Assembly: GCA_030694425.1 (NCBI GenBank)
Contig: JAUXYI010000010.1
Location: forward strand, 18,595-82,594
Direction of reading: 5' to 3'
DNA from: Thermodesulfovibrionia bacterium
GTDB taxonomy: Bacteria; Nitrospirota; Thermodesulfovibrionia; UBA6902; BMS3Bbin08
Length of the DNA: 64,000 nucleotides
The position numbers were made by a program, and so were the translations under genes. Below the pieces are notes generated by a model. The model was given only the letters and a program-made list of their open reading frames with translations. It was not told where the DNA came from and did no database searches. The stretch's first letter is position 1; every line of letters starts with the position of its first letter. Positions 60,167 through 64,000 of the stretch are shown piece after piece.

Positions 60167-62719
60167 TCAATAAATCGAGAGACCGTTTATTGCTCTGTAC
60201 TGCCAGTAGCTCCTCATCACCCTTTTTACATAGTTCCTTGTCTCCTGATATGGTATATCCTCGATAAACTCTTCTATGTCCTTATGTTTGGAGCTAAGCA
60301 GCCACTTCCTTATCGTACCCTCTCCTGCATTATAAGATGCAATGGCTAAAGGTAAAATACCGAATTCTTTTACAAGCTGCGAAAAATAATGTGTGCCTAT
60401 TGATATATTTTTTTTGACATTATAAATCTCTGAATCATTTTTCAGCTCTATTTTTAATTCTTTTTTAAATTCATGCGCAGTAAAAGGCATAAGCTGCATA
60501 AGTCCGATTGCTCCTGCCTGAGAAAGCGCATCAGGCTCAAACCGGCTTTCTTCCCTGATTAATGCAACGATAAGGTACGGGTCAATGCCTTCTCTTTCAG
60601 AAGCCTGCTTCACAATATTCCAGAAACCAAGTGGATATGCAAGCGGAAGCACTTCTTTACTTGCCAGACCTTCTACAGAATAAATTACACTTCTATATTC
60701 ATCCAATTCAAACGCAATCTGTCCGAGATATTTTAATTCTTCAAGACTCTTTGCAAACCTGATAGCTGTCCTTATTTCATCTACTGCCTCTTTATTCATC
60801 TCTAAAGATTTAAGCGCCTCTATCATTTCATATACTTGACCTTCAGGCGCTTTAGGTTTTGGGAATTCAATTTTATTAATTGTGTTATCTTCCTTAAGAT
60901 GCCTCTTTGCAAGAAAACCATAATAGCCTGCGTCTTTTAAAAGTCTGTGATACATGACAGAAGTATCTGCATCAGAGCAGGCATTATTCCCACCTGATAA
61001 TCCCCCCTTCCCCCCTTTGTCAAAGGGGGGTGAGGGGGGATTATTTTTGTTGTCCTTTGCATTAATATGTAACATGTTTGTCTCATCTTCTGTGTTTAAA
61101 CCTGCCTTTTGCTCCATACAGGCTTTAGATAGCATTTCACGACTCTTTGCTTCCCAGTAAAGATATCTGCCATTACCTTTTAAAGACATAAGTTTAGAGA
61201 AAATTTTTTCTGATTCCTTATAATTTCCATTAGTATAACTTATCCAACCAATGCCCCAGAGCGCATCTTCAGCTTCTTCTGGAAAATCATTTGAAACTTT
61301 TTTAAAGATTTCCTCTGCTTCGTTTAAATTTCCCATCCTCCTCTTCCCGTCACCAAGTAAAAGAAGAAGCCTGGCAAGGTATTGATTGCCCGGATATTCT
61401 TTTTCAAGTCTTTTTATAATGCCCTCGAAACCTCTTGTATCATCAACCCTGTAAACAGCCCGCGCCCTCCAGTACATTGCCTCAGGAGTTTTGACAAGTT
61501 CAAAAGTTTTAGCTGCCTCGCTATATTTTTTCTGTTTGAACTGGCATGTGCCGATTGAAAATCTGATTTTATCCTTAAGCACAGAATCTTTTATAGATTT
61601 AAGAATCTTTTTAAAAGCAGTTTCTGCACTCTCAAAACTGCCATTTTTTAATAGATTCTCAGCCCTCTTCAAAGTTTCTTCCAATGTAAATTTAGCGGCG
61701 TTGATGCCTTCCAGTTCTTTTAGTGCATCTGCTGAAAAAGGACTTGCACTGATATAAACCTCATTAAGAAGGCTAATTGCTTTATCTCTTCCTGTTTTTT
61801 TAAGAAGCTGCGCTAAAAGCAACTTATAATTCCACTCTGCCGGATATCCTTTAATATATTGATAAAGCATCGTTACAGCAGTTTCTTCGTCTTTTAATGC
61901 AAGCAACGAGGCAATTTCAGATTGTTTTGCTCCCTGTATCAGAGTCTTATGCTGAATCTGCCTGGTGGTTTCCACGGCTTTATTGAATTCTCCCTTGGCA
62001 AAATAAGTATCAGCAAGCAATTTCAAGGCATAATCTCTTAGTAAATAGCTGTTAACAGAAGCCTTCTTAAAACAATCCTCTGCCTTATCAAAAAAACCCT
62101 GTTCTTTGTAGAGCCTGCCGAGCAAAAAATATACCTTGTCCAGATAGATGTCATGCGCTACAAAACTTAAAAGAACATTTTCCGCTTCCTTATAAGACCT
62201 TATATCAATAAGATGAAGGGCATTTTTAAATTGTTTGTCTAATTCAGATGAAAATACATCGTTCACCATCCCCCTCGCCCCCTCTCCCGATATCTCGGGA
62301 AGGGGGATGGGGGAGGGGTAATTTTCACCTGAAAATACTCCTAACTTGTCATTGCGAGCCCCTTCGCTTCTGTCATTCTGAGCGTTAGCGAAGAATCTCG
62401 CCTTATCGCTCAGGGCAGGCTCCGGCGTGGCAATCTTGTCTTTAGAGATTGCGGAGCCTGCCCCGAGCGTGCCTTGAGATTGCTTCGAGACTTCGTCTCT
62501 CGCAATGACAGGCAAAGGGGTCTCGCTCCTCGCAATGACATTTTCATAGTCCTTTGCGTCTCTTTGAGATATGAGTGTTTCTCTTTGTAATTCATTTGAG
62601 GAAAATTCAGGAGAACTACTGGAATTTGAAAAAGTGTATGTCAATGGATAGATAAGGGTAAAAAAGAAAAATGCTAAGAATTGAATAAAGATTTGGAATT
62701 TCCTACATTCTATACGCAC
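60167..62719 (-). CDS. TPR-repeat soluble lytic transglycosylase (Slt-like) with repeat-derived in-frame insertions
   Basis: C-terminal SLT domain (ESRFEPDALSQAGAIGLMQLMP) and multiple TPRs. The N-terminal hydrophobic signal/anchor at 62719 is separated from the TPR body by about 90 codons encoded by the 62268-62540 repeat cluster. A second insertion at 61001-61042 encodes PPSPPFDKGGKGG. An alternative start lies at 62260. Confidence 0.7.
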   Translation of the reverse strand: MRIECRKFQIFIQFLAFFFFTLIYPLTYTFSNSSSSPEFSSNELQRETLISQRDAKDYENVIARSETPLPVIARDEVSKQSQGTLGAGSAISKDKIATPEPALSDKARFFANAQNDRSEGARNDKLGVFSGENYPSPIPLPEISGEGARGMVNDVFSSELDKQFKNALHLIDIRSYKEAENVLLSFVAHDIYLDKVYFLLGRLYKEQGFFDKAEDCFKKASVNSYLLRDYALKLLADTYFAKGEFNKAVETTRQIQHKTLIQGAKQSEIASLLALKDEETAVTMLYQYIKGYPAEWNYKLLLAQLLKKTGRDKAISLLNEVYISASPFSADALKELEGINAAKFTLEETLKRAENLLKNGSFESAETAFKKILKSIKDSVLKDKIRFSIGTCQFKQKKYSEAAKTFELVKTPEAMYWRARAVYRVDDTRGFEGIIKRLEKEYPGNQYLARLLLLLGDGKRRMGNLNEAEEIFKKVSNDFPEEAEDALWGIGWISYTNGNYKESEKIFSKLMSLKGNGRYLYWEAKSREMLSKACMEQKAGLNTEDETNMLHINAKDNKNNPPSPPFDKGGKGGLSGGNNACSDADTSVMYHRLLKDAGYYGFLAKRHLKEDNTINKIEFPKPKAPEGQVYEMIEALKSLEMNKEAVDEIRTAIRFAKSLEELKYLGQIAFELDEYRSVIYSVEGLASKEVLPLAYPLGFWNIVKQASEREGIDPYLIVALIREESRFEPDALSQAGAIGLMQLMPFTAHEFKKELKIELKNDSEIYNVKKNISIGTHYFSQLVKEFGILPLAIASYNAGEGTIRKWLLSSKHKDIEEFIEDIPYQETRNYVKRVMRSYWQYRAINGLSIY
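61001..61042. repeat. GC-rich palindrome TCCCCCCTTCCCCCCTTTGTCAAAGGGGGGTGAGGGGGGA, in-frame inside slt
   Basis: Direct reading of the sequence. Confidence 0.7.
62268..62540. repeat. large composite repeat cluster (GC palindrome plus at least four GTCATTGCGAG/CTCGCAATGAC-type units) in-frame within the slt 5' region
   Basis: Direct reading of the sequence. Confidence 0.7.
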
Positions 62720-62964
62720 AAAAATATATTAGCTCAAAAACTTATGGACAGGCAAGAATTAATAAATAGTTTGTCGGAATTCCTTACATAAATTTAAGAA
62801 ATCCTCTGAAAAACTCATAAAAATGTCTGAAAAACTTTACACTTAATCTTTTTTATATCCCCCCCTAAAAAAAATCAATAAAATCAATATATTATAATTT
62901 GGCATGGGATTTGCATATTAAGTTAATTAAAAATAATTTAATAAAAGGAAAGGAGGTGAAAAAG

Positions 62965-63657
62965 ATGAAAAAGAAATTTCTGACAGGTTTGTTAACAACA
63001 TTGTTTTTACTTGCAACGGTAGGCATGTCCAATGGTGTTATCGTTGACTTCGCTGGTGGCACGGCAACATTAAACGATGGCACTACTGTTGTCACAACAA
63101 ACACAGGACTTTGGAATAGTATAGTAGATTACTATGTGGAAGATGGAATAAAAGTAGATTTCATCGGTGGTTACGGGACTATCGGAGATTACTATTCAAT
63201 AGGTAGCGGAACGGGAGGAGGCCCCCCTTATGAAAATAGCGTAATCCATGCCCATCTATTTACTGATATTTCTGTATTTTTCTCAAAGGTGGATAGTTCA
63301 TCGTTCGATCTCAATTATGTAGATATGACCTCAAACACTGAGGTAGGCGGTGACCTGGCAACTGGGGAACGAAATATCATGGATCACGGCATCAAACGGT
63401 TACTCGATGCTCTTACCCTCGTCCGACTGGGGACTTGACTATACTTATTTTGGTAATCCAGGTGACGGTATTCAAAGGCTATGGCTTGATAGTAATTTCG
63501 ACAGTATTACTTCCTTTACACTGACTTCACAGAATGCATATTGCTTTGGAATGGACAATTTCTATATTGATGAGCCGCCACCACCCCAACAACCTTGCTT
63601 CTTCTTGGCAGTGGATTAATAGGGCTGGCAGGGATTAGAAAAAAGTTTAAGACTTAA
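62965..63657 (+). pseudogene. PEP-CTERM-anchored secreted protein, reading frame broken twice
   Basis: An RBS AAGGAGG precedes an ATG at 62965 and the signal peptide MKKKFLTGLLTTLFLLATVGMSNG. Frame 1 stops at 63438, and frame 2 runs 63350-63619. Frame 1 resumes after the C-run ccaccaccccaacaacc, giving DEPPPP-TTLLLLGSGLIGLAGIRKKFKT*, a PEP-CTERM sorting signal. Confidence 0.5.
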
Positions 63658-63683
63658 AATTCAAGATTCAAAATTATAAGAAG

Positions 63684-63733
63684 AAACGCCCATTGGTCTG
63701 ATGTCTCAGGATGATGGGCGTTTTTATTTTTTT
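63684..63733 (+). terminator. rho-independent terminator
   Basis: The stem aaacgcccat / atgggcgttt is followed by a T-run (tttttatttttttg). Confidence 0.65.
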
Positions 63734-63795
63734 GTGAGGCTTTTACGATAAACCTATTTAAAAACTCTAATAATATACATCTACAATGCTACAAG

Positions 63796-64000
63796 CTATA
63801 CTTCTACTAATTCAACCTTCACGTTATAGCCGAGTTTGTGAAGAAAATCATAACAATCATCATCCCATGTAAGCCCAAATTCACGGACATCTGCAAGCCC
63901 TATCCTTGCAAGTATGTCTCTTATGAGTTCAAAGCTTTTGCTTTCAAAATCAGATTCCCTTATCATGTACTCTGCCCAGTTAACAAGACCCTGTAAGTCT
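63796..64000 (-). CDS. C-terminal part of an unidentified protein (5' end outside window)
   Basis: Own translation gives ...SDFESKSFELIRDILARIGLADVREFGLTWDDDCYDFLHKLGYNVKVELVEV*. Confidence 0.3.
   Translation of the reverse strand, partial: DLQGLVNWAEYMIRESDFESKSFELIRDILARIGLADVREFGLTWDDDCYDFLHKLGYNVKVELVEV

Noticed and set aside
60954-61160. The plus-strand ORF MTEVSASEQALFPPDNPPFPPLSKGGEGG opposite slt.
   Set aside because: It is the antisense translation of the GC-palindrome repeat inside slt and is not a gene.

Overview
This 64 kb window is a low-GC bacterial chromosomal segment, coded almost entirely on the minus strand, with several parts worth a second look.

Content, start to end:
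- Coordinates 1-7200: a radical-SAM / HemW-like block, a NikR plus RcnA-like nickel module, a PflX-like radical SAM gene, and leuD and leuC.
- 8.4-16.9 kb: a branched-chain amino-acid cluster in the order ilvD, ilvB, ilvN, ilvC, psd, pssA, leuA, with the phospholipid genes psd and pssA embedded in it.
- 17.7-24.1 kb: a PAS sensor kinase and a sigma-54 response regulator lie directly upstream of a sigma-54 promoter (TGGCAT-N5-TTGCT). That promoter drives two tandem B12-binding radical SAM enzymes of unknown substrate.
- 24.2-31.1 kb: a TatD-radical-SAM fusion gene and several toxin-antitoxin cassettes (VapBC, MNT with a HepT remnant, and DUF433 with a frameshifted DUF5615).
- Scattered: three single-domain PilZ paralogues and a decayed PAS-GGDEF gene.
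- 31.5-46.9 kb: comM, ilvE, pcm-surE, tRNA-Pro(GGG), ihf, dgt, dinG, rmuC and sixA.
- About 46.9-55.3 kb: a more AT-rich defence-type island, with three parts. First, a three-gene overlapping operon: a TIR-like/wHTH protein, a beta-class DNA methyltransferase and a STAS-like/wHTH protein. Second, a classic type II restriction-modification pair (an NPPW MTase plus a PD-(D/E)xK-like REase). Third, a translationally coupled pair of unknown genes, a DUF3276-like gene and a STAS-HATPase fusion.
- 55.5-64 kb: lolD and lolE, lysS, zapA and zapB-like, a TPR-SLT lytic transglycosylase, and a frameshifted PEP-CTERM protein.

The window also carries at least six families of short dispersed palindromic repeats. 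Several copies sit in-frame inside coding sequences (hemW, the methyltransferase and the transglycosylase), and others occupy nearly every intergenic gap of the ilv/leu cluster.

The strongest candidates for an undescribed system are the sigma-54 / two-component-controlled tandem radical SAM operon and the unknown gene modules of the defence island.
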